NCBI GenBank assembly: GCA_001179505.1
Contig: CDMY01000464.1
Location: forward strand, 7,544 to 71,543
DNA length: 64,000 nucleotides
Origin: Vitrella brassicaformis CCMP3155
Taxonomy: Eukaryota; Protista; Chromerida
Direction of reading: 5' to 3'
Translations under genes and position numbers: made by a program
The notes under the pieces: model-generated
Database searches by the model: none
What the model was told of the DNA's origin: nothing
Seen by the model: the letters and a program-made list of their open reading frames with translations, nothing else
Shown here: positions 36,771 through 49,270 of the stretch, in pieces
How the letters are laid out: each line of letters opens with the position of its first letter
Position numbering within the stretch: position 1 is the first letter of the stretch

Positions 36771-38581
36771 TTAGTCGCCCCACTGGGGGCAGGCCAAATC
36801 ACCGCTGTGATCTCCAGCCACGAGATCTGGAACACACACACACACACCACCGACACGAAGATGGTCACACATACGCAGACACCGCGCGGCGGCTCGCTCA
36901 CTGGGAAGGACGCAATGAAGTAAGTAGTCGTCGAGGGCCTTGGCTGATGTCACCTCGGGTTGCAGATCAACCATGTGGAGCGCGAGAGCCTCTTGAGGGG
37001 TCCGTCTGCGGCTGTCTGGTCGCCTCCCCCGTTGGACGGCATGTGCCTGTGGGCCCCGGTGGCCACCAGTGGGTGGGATGGCGCGGCTAATCGACGGTGG
37101 GGTGGCGGGGGTCGGAAGGGGGGACGACCGCTGGAGGGGTGCGATGAACACACTACTCCCCTGACAGACAGACAGACAGACAGAATAGAACGGATGACAC
37201 GGCCCCGCCTACCTGAGTCTTTATTCTGTGTGTGTTTGTACCTGTCTGTGTGGTTTCGGCAGTGTGGGTGTCGGCCATATGCAGCACCCCGACAGTCTGC
37301 ATCCATCCATCCATCCATCCATGCATCCAACACAGACAGAGACACAGACACAGTGAGGTGAGTGTGCTGTATGTATGTGTTTGAGTGTGGTGTGTTATAT
37401 ATGTGAGTATGTGTGTCGTGCCCATACAGTGAGTGTGTGGGATAATCGGCACACGTGTGGGCCCCGGCCCGCCTCCGCCCGCGAATGCCATTGCAGGCAG
37501 GTCATGGTGGCCCTTGTAAGCATACTGACCACCTGATAGATAGACAGAGATGGATAAATAACAAACAGACAGACAGACGGATGCGATGCATCGCATCCAT
37601 CATGTCATGAATGATGGATCCATGGATGGGGAGGTGTGTCTTTATTTACCGCACCGCATGTGTAAAGACACTTACTTACCAGCAAATGGTCGCAGTCCCA
37701 CTTCGAAATGAATGCCTGTCCTCACCACCATGGGCCTCGCAGGGCCATAGCCCACCCTCTGCACGACACAACACAACACACATGCAGACATGCATACATA
37801 CCCCCACACAGACACAGACACACAGCGCATCTCTCGCCTGCTGCTCTCTCTCTCTCTCTCTCTCTCTCCGTCACTTACGGCATAAGGATTTGGATAGCGC
37901 GGGACGTCACTTGGGCGAGGGTGGGCATGGGGGTGGTCCCAGGACGTCGGCAAGATGACTGGCGGGGGGAATGCCGGCCCAATCGCCTCATACGGCACCG
38001 CTGCAGCAGCCGTGGGGCTGGCCAGCGATGAGTCGGTGAACACCACGCTGCCGTCGGGAAGCTGTATCCGGTTGACGCCCGCTGACGCTGACGAGTGGCC
38101 CTGCAGCGTGTCGTTGTTGAACGGCAGTGGGTGGGGGGGAGAGACGATGGTCGCCGGGGAACCGTCGCCGCCATGACTACACGAGTACTCACACACGCCT
38201 GAAACAAACAGCACATGCAGCAAGCCATGAGTGATGGAGGGCGACGTATGTGTGTGTTGGCCATTCCCTCCCTCCTCTCTCTCTCTCTCTCTCTATGTCT
38301 GTCTGTCTGTCTGTCTGTCCCCATCACCCACCTTGGAAGGATCCGTTCATCCACTGGTCCACGCCCATCTGCTGGAAGTCTTCACCGCATACCTCATCGA
38401 CACCGCGACATCCCAATCCCCCCGCCCAACTGGTGAATGGAACTGTGTCAGCATTCAGGCGACTCCCACTCGCCCCTGTCGGTCCTTCTCGAAGCTCAGC
38501 CTGACCTCCCTGGTGGTGCTGCGGCCGTTGTGGATCATCCCGCACCGCCGCGTGCTGGTGGTGCATGCTTCTGAACGCCAT
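36771..38581 (-). CDS. Hypothetical protein (apparently open paralogue in duplication copy B); 3' exon frame uncertain
   Basis: MAFRSMHHQH..GSFQ|GVCEYSCSHGGDGSPATIVSPPHPLPF..YPNPYA|RVGYGPARP..LRPFA|GGQYAY.. splices in frame across GT-AG introns. Confidence 0.5.
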
Positions 38582-38804
38582 GGGAGGCTGCTGGACTCAT
38601 GGACAGAAGCCGTCCTCACTATTGCGTCCTGTCCATGAGACAACCAGCAAAGAGAGGAATATATCTCACCAAATCCAAACGCAACTCGTTGACTGGTCAC
38701 CAACACATCGCATTCTAAGAGGAATCTGGAAAGAAAGAAGGCGACTCAGAGGCGTGTGCAGTGGTCAGGATCCTCCGTGTGTACACCGCCATCTTTGTTG
38801 TGTC
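37138..38804. repeat. Direct segmental duplication, copy B
   Basis: Collinear with 33139-34780. Confidence 0.95.
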
Positions 38805-38949
38805 TTACGTGGGCTGCTGGCCAAGCCGCCTCAACATGGCTGCCTCCCATCCACTGCAGGTGTCGCTTGACTTGCTTTCCGCCGATTCCTGGGGCTAAAG
38901 CAGCAAGAAGAAACGATGAGAAGAGACAGCGACATTGCCAGCGGAATGG

Positions 38950-40960
38950 CTGACCACATGCAGCAGGTAGGCTCTCCGCATGGCCTCATCGACACGCCCG
39001 GCCAGCAACGATGCGATGTATGCGAGCGGCGCCTCTCCGGCATCGGCTAGCGACGAGAAGGACGCTGCAACCAATAATGTAACGTAGGTATGTATAGTCT
39101 GTTCTTGGTGATTTTCTCATTCTCTCTTTCCTTGTCCGACAATGGCCCGCACGTCCTCATATCGCCGCATCACGAAGAATGGCCATGCAAGACGGCGTGC
39201 CTTGTACCGCCTCAGCTGTGGCAGCAGATCTCCTTGGTCTCTGCTCGCACCCGCCCACATCAACTCACTGGACGACACCAAAATGAAGCGGCGACAGCAG
39301 GCATCAGCACCGCATTCATCCACTTGCTCTTGCGTACCTGCGCACTTCAGAAGTCATGATGTCGACGGCCTGTTGATAGTCCTGCTCGCGGTCACTGCAT
39401 AAAGACAACAAGGGTTTGTGATGAGTGATGATCGAGCGCCCTTTCACTCACGCGTTGTCGAAACGGAGGTAGCCTCTGATGAGCGGGGGGAGCGGCGTCT
39501 GCAGCAACCACATATGCGCAGCAGACACCAGGTCAAATGAATGTCTCTTGACTGACAACGAGTGCGTCCAGCTGACCAGCATGTCCTCATCTCTGCACAA
39601 TTTGCGGCTCTCAACATAATGCGCGACCACCGGCCCAACTGCCAAATGGCGGTGGGGACTGTCCTTGCAAAGATCCTCACTCACCTGAGCAAAAAGGAGA
39701 AGGGAAATCACTGGCGAGACGACACACGTGACATCCTCTCACCTCCCGCAGCAGCCTGCACCCCTTTTTTGGGTCGTCCGGCACCGACAGCTTTATCGAC
39801 AGAAACGTTCGTATCCCCAACTATGCCAATCCTGCCCCAAACAGAGAAGAAAACCCACGGAAAGAAGAGAAGAGAATCCAATTTGTGTGTATTAGCTCGG
39901 TCTCCATTTGCTTCTCCGGTCGAGACGCTGGCACAGACAGACAGCCAGACAGACAGACAGCAGACAGTCCGTGGATGTATCCTTGTCTGGTGCATTCGAT
40001 CGCCGCCTTTTTGCTGGTCGAGGGCTTCGGCTCCGGCGCAGGTGTCTGCGCCATCCTTGGATGTCTGTCAGCACCTGCCCTGCCCCGGTCTTCCTGGCGG
40101 CCATCTCCTTAGCGGCATGAAACAGTCAGCTGCACCGAAGAACACAAGAAGTATCTTTGGCATCTCTGCAAGGCTGTCCTGTCCTTACACGACATCCTTT
40201 CAACGACGAAGATAAAGTCTTTCTTGAGGGTCGCAATGAGTAGAGGGATGAATCTGGCCTCAGTTGTCGCTTGCTCATGGCCAACACCTGACCAGCCGCA
40301 CTCACAACTATAAGAACAACCTTCACCCTCTTCTTTTCTCACGCGCTTGGTGGTTGCTGGCGGGTGGTGCTTCTGCCTGCTTGGGAAGGGGCTGCTGGGG
40401 CGTCTGCGCCGGCACCTGCCGCTCAACAATAAGCCTGTTCACTCTGGCGTTGATGTCCGCAGTCCTTGCCGCAATAACCCGGAGAATCTCGCAGCTCGAC
40501 AGCTCAGAGCTGCACCAAGAGATAAAGACACAGTGTAGGCCCCAATGGAGATCAATCCTTCTTCCCTTGCCTTGTTCGTACCATTCGTCGGTCATTGGTC
40601 CGCACGGTTCCCTCGGTGTGGCAGACGGGCCTGCCGACGATGGGCTTGGCGCCGAGTTTGGCGGCTGTCTTCTCCCGCTGAAGATGCCCACCACGAGCAG
40701 ACAGATCCTTGTTCGTGTATCGCGCGCGTGTGTGTGTGTCGGTGTGTATTCATTCGTTCGCCCACCTGCTCTGCGAGGTGCAGGCATTCGGTGCAATACG
40801 CCCTCGCACGGCCAAAATAAGGGAAGTCCAAGCCGGGCCAGGGCGAGCACAAAATGACAGCACACGAATGAGAAACGTACAGACGGGAGGAGGGACGTGC
40901 ATTGCGGCCGTCTGCCGTCCTGCCGTCCTCTTCCTTATCCCCTTCTCGCCTCCTCGCACC
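38950..40960 (-). CDS. Hypothetical multi-exon protein; boundaries approximate
   Basis: Non-repetitive, codon-like segments bounded by GT/AG: RFIPLLIATLKKDFIFVVERM; VSEDLCKDSPHRHLAVGPVVAHYVES..LIRGYLRFDNA; DREQDYQQAVDIMTSEVR. Confidence 0.45.
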
Positions 40961-41168
40961 ATGGTCTGCCTTCGCGGTGGTGGTGCGGACAACGCGAACG
41001 GCAAGTCGATGTCGATGCTTGAATGAACGGGAGCACGGGAAAAGGCGAAGAACGAGGGGATGAAAAAGGGGAACACAGGCGAAGAAAAAAGAAAAAAGAG
41101 TTCCCGTCTCGTCCCTCAATTTTCTCGACGGGCGAGCTTTTGAGCTCCGAGAAGGAAAGCACAAAACC

Positions 41169-42775
41169 ATGTCGAAAGTGTGCACAGACATCAGCACCAC
41201 CTACCCACCTTCGGCAAGAAACGCCATCGCCCCGAATCCCTTCATCGCATGGGCGCTGACCACATTTCGTGCTGTCGAAGAGCCGCAGAAGACCGCGGAG
41301 GGCGGCGGAAAGGCGCGCCTGATCTCGATACCAGGCGAGCAGACACACCTGCGCCTCTGATCATTGCCAGATCTGGCTGACTAATGTCTGCTGTGTGTTG
41401 CGTGTTGCAGTGTCTCATTTCACCGAGAAGGTGCGGTGGGCTCTCGACCTGAGTGGAGATGACTACGTTGAGGACGCCCACCCGCCCGGCATGCACGCGC
41501 ACTACACACTCGAGGCCACCAAAGGTGAGTGAGCGCGAGGGTGGGTGAACGGACACAACCGACACAGACACGCAGACAGAGATGCACACATAGCGGGCTG
41601 ATGACTGGTCTCCGCTGCGTGTGTGCATCATGTAGGTGCATCGACGATGGTGCCCGTGCTGGTGCTGCCTGACGGCAAGGTGCTAACGGACTCGTCAGAC
41701 ATTCTCGACTTCATCGCTGAGAAGCATCCTGAGCTCAACCTCTACCCCGCTGAGCACAAGGAGGAGATCAAGGCATTCGAGAGGGTCAGCCAATGAGCTT
41801 TTACATGCGCTTGCACGCAGGCAGACGTATCACTCACTGCATGTGATAGATCGTGAACGAGAAGCTGGCGCCGGCAGTGCGGTCGATGGCCTACACGATA
41901 TATGGCAAGGACGCATCAGCCAAGATCAAGATAGCCCGGGTGTTCATGTCGCACGGATCCGTCGTCGAAAACATGATGGCGCCATTCGTCCTCCCTGTGG
42001 TGCGCAGCACATGCGCGCAATTCCGGGACTGATGATTGCTGGATGGCGTATCCCCGTGTGTGGATGTGTGTGCGTCCTGCAGATGGCAGGCATCATGACA
42101 AAGGCGTTCGGTCTGTCGTGGGACAGGCTGGATGAGTACCAGAAGGAGGTCATGGATGTCTTCACACTTGTCGAAAACAAACTCAGGTCCGCCCGCAAAC
42201 CACTCACACAATCACCGTGAGCGATGGATGGATGGATGGTTTCTCTGTGTGCGTGTGTGTGAAGCGACGGTCGGCAGTACCTCTTCGGATCGTCCTTCAC
42301 TGCTGCCGACCTGGTCAGTCACTGAGTGACACAGCACGCGACCATCCATCCATCCATCAATCAATCCATCCATCCATCCGTGTGTCCATTGCCTCACTCA
42401 CCCGTTTCGTCCACAGACGTTCGCTGCCATCGCAAACGTGCTTGTCGGCGTTCCCCAGATGAGCGGCGTCTTCGGCCAGTCCGAGTCCTATGACGCTTCG
42501 CCGCCAGAACTCGAGAAGAGAGTACGCACACACTCACATAAACACACACACACACTCACACACACACAGAGCACAAGATGCATTCTCCTTTCTCTCTCTG
42601 TGTGTGTGCACGTGTCCGTCTGTTTGTTCAGAGAGGTCAGCTTCGGTCGACCAAGGCCGGGCAGCACTGTCTGAAGGTCTACGAGACTTGCCGGTTCCCC
42701 GAGAAGCACGGGGGCGACGGCAAGGTGCGCATCAAGACCGGCAAGGTCAACAAGATACTCGGCTACAGATTCTGA
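41169..42775 (+). CDS. Glutathione S-transferase family protein (GST N-domain of the bacterial-like ISIPxSHxxEKxRWAL type)
   Basis: KARLISIP|VSHFTEKVRWALDL..EDAHPPGMH..|MVPVLVLPDGKVLTDSSDILDFI..YLFGSSFTAADL|TFAA. Confidence 0.85.
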
Positions 42776-43741
42776 TCCACCACACACTCAGACCGACCGA
42801 CGAGGGTGCATACGGGCATACACACATATGACCAGGTTTGAACGTATGTGTGTGTCAGTTTTGTGAGTATTCGTACAGACACGTAGTGGTAGTTAGTGAA
42901 GGCTGGCTAGGAATTAAACGTGTGCTGCCCTATGGGCGTCATTTTGTTGCCCTCACTTTATGCATGGCATGCAACGCGATGGATGGATGTGACGGTTCGA
43001 TGGCTGGCTGCCGAGAGAGGGACTGGCTGAGATGGCTTTTCGTTGGTCTCGTTTGCCTGCTCTCATGCAGTTGTTCGGCATGTGATCAGGCATCCTGCAG
43101 TCGACGGAATGCCCGATAGCGTGCTGGTCAACGGCGTCACGAGAGCTGGCAGACAGACAGACAGACAGAGGAAACGGCGATCAAGGAGGCCGTAACGAGA
43201 GTCTTGGGTCAGTGAGCAGGCTTTTCTGCTCTGTGTCCGTCCATGCAAGTGCTGGTGTGGTGTGCTGTGCTGTGTTGTGTCATGTCACGTGGGCCTTCGT
43301 ACGGACTCACAGCAGTCATTGCAGCTGTGAGTGAGAACAACGATAAATGACGAACGGAACGGCAATGCCTTTTTTTCGTGCCACTAGGTCATAAAGATTG
43401 CTGGTTTTCCACGACGACGACGTGTGTTTCCATGGATTGCGGTGGGGTGGTGCGCCTCTGTTCGGTCTCGTTGGGTTCCTCGCTTCGTTGGCCCCACAGA
43501 CGGGGGACAGCGAAGGCAGGAGGATGACGACACCGAACAGAGACCATCGACACCCCTTGCCGACGGGTTGAGAGAAGGAATGTTCTGGTAATGGGAGAGA
43601 CGACTCGACATATGAGAATGAACACATTGAGGAAATCAATCAATGCAGTCCGTCCGTCACAAGCCATGGGCCACAAGACACTCTCGGTTAGGTCCAATCC
43701 AACCCAATCCAAGCCAGCCCCGTGTCAGTCTGTCCCATTAT

Positions 43742-46099
43742 CTATCGCATGTCCAATGTATTATCCATCTCTGGTCCATCCCCATCGCCCGCCCCTTCGC
43801 CGCCCTGCCCCTCTTGCTGCTGAGACGCTTCCTGCTCAGGCTGCCCTGCCTCCTGCTGCTGCTGGTGGTGCTGTTCGTCCTTCTTGCCCCTTCCCTTGGC
43901 CGACCTGCTCCTGCTCCCCGCTGAGGAGGTCCGCCTCTTGCTGCTGGCTGCTTTCCTCTGCAGGATGCGCTTGGTGGAGATGGTCTGCTGCCGCTCCATG
44001 GCCACGCCACGGGGCACCTCCGACAGCAGCCGGTCGCGCATCCGCTGAGACTTGAGCTTCAGGTGGTTGCGGATCTGGGTGAGCGTCTTCTTGTCGAACC
44101 AGCCTGATGGGTGGCACATAGATACATCCACACACACATCCACGCCACGCACATACATGGACCATCCATGAGCAGAGGGGCGGGGCGGGGGGGCCTTGCC
44201 TGTGTCGATTTTTGGCTGTTGGAGGAGCTGTGCCTCCTTGAGGACCTTCTGGAGGGGGGCGTCGTCGATGTCGCCGAGTATGTACATCTGGTTCATCATC
44301 TTGGGCGGCACCTGGAACCGCATCAGCTGCTCGAACGTCGGCTCCTTCTCCTCAGCACCCTCCTGCTGCCCCTCCTGGCCCTCCTGACCACCAGCCACCG
44401 CGGCTGCTGCAGCAGCAGCTGCTGATGGTTTGCCCTTGGTCTTCTCTTGTTGTGGGTTGTAGGCCGTGCTCCTGAAGTAGGGGTCGCGGAAATCGATCAC
44501 CTGGACACAGGGAGGTGCATTCAGATGTCCGTGTGGTGTGGTGAATTTATGGGTGCAGTGACTGCACCTGGAAGAATCGCCCCTCTGGGTCTTGTCTTGG
44601 GTCATAGCCCCACCGACACAGCGCAAGCCGCCACGGACCATCTGCACACACACCCACAGCACACACCACATCACACCAAGCAAAATTGCACGCGCCCGCA
44701 CGTGCATGCATTTCGCCCATCCATCGGTTTGTCGCGTTGTCAGGCGCACCTTGCCACGAGTAAGAGTGGTACGCGATGACGCGTCGCAGGGACCAGTCGC
44801 TGACACCTGTGAGGGGCTCCTTCTCCCTCAGCCGCGCCCTCGCGAAGTAATCCACCTGGGGACGCAGCCAGATGGGCTTCTCCTCAAACAGCCGCGCCAC
44901 AATCTCACTCACCGCCGCACCTGAACGAACACCACAACCGATTATTGATGCTCGCCAGCTTCGTGTACTGTGTTGCGCTGTCATTCACCTGGTTTGAAGT
45001 CGATGTCAGATGGCCGTGCAGGTATGCCTTGGTCACTGAACTTGGCCAGGAACACCAGCTGCACCTGAGCCTTCTTGTCCTTGGCCGCCGACGGTGCCGG
45101 CACCACCGCCGTGCTCGTGTCTGCAACCTCCCTGCCCTCTCCTCCGGCCGGCGTCGCAGCAGCAGCTGTTGCTGCTGCTGCTGGTGGTGACGCCTCTCCC
45201 TCCTCCTGCTCGATGGCCGGCGTGGCCTCAGCCCACTTGCGGGCGAAAGTCCGCCTGGCGCCCCTCCCCGACGGCTTTTTCTTGGCCTCCGGATTCATCT
45301 CCTCTGGCTCCTCCTTGACCATTTCCATCGCCCCCTCACCTTCGTCACCAGCAGCAGCAGCAGCCGCAGCCGCGGCAGGAGCAGCCTCGCCCTCGGCCTT
45401 CGCAGCAGCCGCTTTGGCCTTTGCCTTTGCCTTTGCGGCAGCGGGTGGTGGCTCCTCGGGCAGCTGGAAGTCGAAAGAGTCATAGAGCTTGGAGAAGTAG
45501 GGAGGTCGGAAGAAGGCCATCTCGTCTTCAGGGATCCGGATGTCGTCCAGATCGAGGACCGGCCTGCTCCGGGCGGTCTCAGGGGGCGTGAAGTAGAAGT
45601 CAGCCAAAGCACGGAAGCGATACGCGCGGGTCACGTAGCCCACTGGCTGGAAATTGACGATCTCCTGCCGGCCATCAGCGTACTTGCGCCTCCTCACGCG
45701 CACCAGAAGGTCACTCGTGTCGCAGTGCCGAGATGGAACGGGCGTCGCGAAGCGGTCATTCTCGCCCAGCCGGATGCTGAGAGGTCTGTCTGGGTCGTCG
45801 TCCCTCACGGCGGCAGAGATTTCGTCCTCGCCTCCCATGGCCTTGATGACTGCCTGCGGGTCCTGGACAGTGCCGGGCACCTCGATGCGGATAAATTCCG
45901 GCAGGGGAGGGCCGGGAGGGGGCCGAGTAGGGGCGACAGGGGAGGGAGATGCAGCCGCTGCAGCTGCTGCAGCCGCCGCTGGTGCTGCTGGTCCTGGCTC
46001 GGGTGCTTGCGGCATGTGAGTGTCGCCATTGATGGCTTGTCCGGTGTGGTGTGCCGAAGGGGCTGCAGGTGCCACATCTTCCATGAGTGAATCATCCAT
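43742..46099 (-). CDS. GTF3C5: Transcription factor IIIC subunit 5 (Tau95/Tfc1/Sfc1)
   Basis: IEVPGTVQDPQAVIKAMGG, YRFRALADFYF, FFRPPYFSK, LFEEKPIW, GPWRLALCRWGYDPRQDPEGRFFQ|VIDFR and GWFDKKTLTQIR. Confidence 0.85.
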
Positions 46100-46750
46100 G
46101 CCTCTTCAAAGGCTGCGTTCCTTCTTGCGACGCGTTCCTTCTTGATGGGCGGTTTCCTTCTTGAAGCTGCGAGCCCAGCTGGAGGATGCGATGCCAGATG
46201 CAGGGTGGTAGGAAGAGTTGCATTGCTGGCACTGCGCACAAACCAAAGCGCCCCGCCAGCAATTGGAAACGAACAAATCGATTTCATCCCCAGCCTGGGT
46301 CGAGATGCGCCTCACCCCAATAGATTGGTCCGACATTCATCCCAATGCATTGCATGAAGGAAGGGTCTGTCCACATAACATACACACAGGCGGTTAGCCA
46401 GCCAGCCAGCCAGCCGTAGATAGAAAGCACATCGATTTGCAGCCAACCCTCCCTCCCTCACACGCCAGCCATACATACCACACATACACCGGTCCACCCA
46501 TTCGATTCGTGAAAAAACCGTATCATCCATCCATCCATGCGGTCCCCTCAGCCACCATAAGTCCAACAATCCATAGCACCCATCTAATGTACACGCACTC
46601 AGCAACAGCCAGCCAACCGCGCCAACACCAACGCAACGCACCCACACACGAATGCAGTGAGGGGAGGGAGGGAGGGAGGGAGGGAAGGGAAAGAGTACGT
46701 CGGGTTTCGATCCTCGTTACGAGCAGGCAGACAGGCTGGAAGGTTCACCG

Positions 46751-47562
46751 CTAAAACTTGCCGTCGCCGCGCAGGCGCCGCGCTGATGGAAGGAAAGATG
46801 CAGACAGGACCAGACAGGACCAGACAGACACACCGACAGACAAGAGCAGGAGATGTCACGTCATGGCTTGCATACGCTGCTTCAGTGGCTCGCCCACCTA
46901 GTCGTATGTCGTTGAGCATGAGAGTGACCCGCTTCGCATGAAAAGAACACAGCTGCCTGCAAACACACACACAGCACAGCACAGCACACCACAGACACAG
47001 ACACAGACAGGCCACACACGGCTGCTCGTGTTGTAAGTGTGTTGTGCGCGTTTCTTCCTATGTAAGTAATGCGGGCGTACGCATCGGCAAATATGCCGGT
47101 GAGGTGTGCCTCGGCGGCCGTCTGGACGCACTGGAGGGCCTCCACTGACCAGCGGAAGTGCTCGCCGAACAGCTTGTAGGTGGTCTCCTTGACCAGACGG
47201 GCGAACGGCAGCTTGGGAATCAGCAAATCCGTCGACTTCTGGTATTTGCGAATCTCACGCAGCGCACGGAAACCTGAGGGACGGTGACATGACAAGAACC
47301 GCAGCGCACACGACGCACAGCAGTCGTCAATCCCATTCCTCCCAATCCCCCTCCCACCTCTCTGACACGAATACAGTCGTGCATGCGCACTGACGTCCGT
47401 ACCTGGTCGGTGTCTGATCTTCTTGCGTCCCTCCGGGCTGTCCCGCCGTCTCGCCGACGTGCCCCTCTGCTGCTGCTCGCCCTCATCCCGCCCCCCGCCA
47501 CGCCTGCTACCTCCCGTCGACGCTCGCGCACTTCCAGAACGACTCTTGCGGGTCCGCGCCAT
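46751..47562 (-). CDS. CENH3: Centromeric histone H3 variant (CenH3/CENP-A); exons approx. 47403-47562, 47081-47273, 46898-46956, 46751-46782
   Basis: Histone fold RHRP|GFRALREIRKYQKSTDLLIPKLPFARLVKETTYKLFGEHFRWSVEAL..FADA|QLCSFHAKRVTL. It has the CenH3 hallmarks Q68->A, F84->W, T107->A, a loop 1 longer by one residue, and a divergent tail. Confidence 0.88.
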
Positions 47563-47994
47563 CACATATCAATCATACACGCCCGGCAAAGACGCCACCA
47601 ATAACACCTCGGTATATCAACCGGTCTCAGGTAATGTCTGCAACTGGGAAGCGGCCTCCGCAGCGATGCAAACTGACGCAGGGGCCGTGGATGAGCAACC
47701 GAGGGCTGCAGCAAGGCCGAATGGTGCTCTTGATGAGCCGGGAAGGCCGGCTTCAACTTGGGCGGATCGTCTGAGCACCGCCGGAACCTGCGAGACCTTA
47801 GAAGCCTTCACCGACCAATGAGCTGAGGGTATCAGCGACGGCGGCACAGAAATCCAACTACCTGGCACCCCCTCCCGAAGCATTTGAGCTCGCAAAAAAA
47901 GGAGGCGAGGAGCCCCCCTTCCGAAGGGCATCGGCGAGCTCGGCGCGTCCCTTGTGGTCGGCATCTAGCCGACTCGACACCCTGCACAGCCAGG

Positions 47995-49270
47995 ATGGCC
48001 CTCCGCCCGCTGCTCTCATCGGGCCTTCGGCGCCCTCTGTCGCAAGGATCCGCCTCGTCGATGGTCAGCTTGATGCCGTCCAGCACTGGCTTGTCCCTCC
48101 CCGTCCCCCCGCAGCACCGCCGCTCGTACCACAACTGGAGTCGTACGTGGGGTCACGACTGGGAGCTGCCCAAGGACACCATGCCCAAGGACATCAAGAA
48201 GCTCATGCGCAAGGACCCCACACAGATGAACTTTTTCGAGAACTACTGGTACTGGCAGCTGCGGGGCCAGGCCTCCCTGGTCAACCCCGAACGGCTCCCG
48301 ACCCTCAGCTACCGGCAGCTGGCGCGCGACATGGGTTTCGCCAAGATCCACGAGCCCGCCGAGCACATGGTGGGCCTCATCGAGCTGTACGAGTACCTCT
48401 GCCAGTCGCCATTCATCGGACCCTTCGGCACCGTCGAAAACCCCTGCCTCGTCCCGTCCGTCCACAACATGCGGTGAGGCAGTGAGTGAGGCAATCATGC
48501 ACACCCGGCCGGGACACACTGCTTACGGGTGGGTGGGTGGGTGCGTGTGTGTGTGTGTGTCAGTGGTGTGGGTTGCACTGGCGGCACGGGCGACAACGAG
48601 CACCACGCTCTGTGGTTCTTCTGCCGTGAGGGGTTCCTCTACCGCTGCGGCGAGTGCGACCAGATCTTCATGCTCGTCAGGGTCCAGTACGACCTGCCGG
48701 ACGGGTCAGAGCCATTCCCCGTCGATGAAGACGTAAGAGCACACACACACACACACAGTCGGCCACATGCACGGACAGGAATGGACAGCGTCCACCGGTG
48801 TTGTGGGTTTTGTGTTGTGTGTCATGCAGATTGACGACATTTTTGACTACAGTCTGATCGAGAAGGGCCAGAAGATGTGGAACGCCGGCGACTACGTCCA
48901 CTGGGGCGAAGGCGATGTCGCCTACAGGGACGTTTACCTATACGGTACGTCGGTACACACCTGACACTCACACTCACACTCACACTCACACACCCATCAT
49001 CCCTCTCACTCACACCGATTCACACACCAATGGGGGTGGCTGCCTCTGTCTTTTCCTTCTTGTCGTGGACGTCTTGTAGGTGGGGGTCCTCCTGACGAGA
49101 CCGAGTTGCTCGAGGAGAACATCACGCCCGAGCATCTGGCGGAGCTCAAGAAGGAGCAGCTCCGCGGCTACTGGAGCGAGCACCTCAAGGCGGGCGAGAC
49201 ATCCATCCCCGCACCGGACCCCAAGTACGACAAGCAGCAAATCGAGAGCAGCGAGGGAGGCAGCAAGTGA
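47995..49270 (+). CDS. COX5B: Cytochrome c oxidase subunit 5b, myzozoan extended type, with mitochondrial presequence
   Basis: [19 protein letters not shown]|[40 protein letters not shown] carries the COX5B Zn site; the N-terminus is Arg/Ser/Leu-rich. Confidence 0.92.

Noticed and set aside
33139-38804. LTR pair of a retrotransposon
   Set aside because: The repeats contain spliceosomal exon-intron structure, and the 2.4 kb between them shows no gag, RT or integrase motifs.
43063-43712. Separate small gene between GST and GTF3C5
   Set aside because: The ORFs overlap in several frames with no recognisable motif or consistent splice chain; this is more likely 3' UTR, though an extra GTF3C5 exon cannot be excluded.
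46751-47562. Canonical histone H3 or H3.3
   Set aside because: The tail is divergent, loop 1 is longer, and Q68/F84/T107 are substituted.
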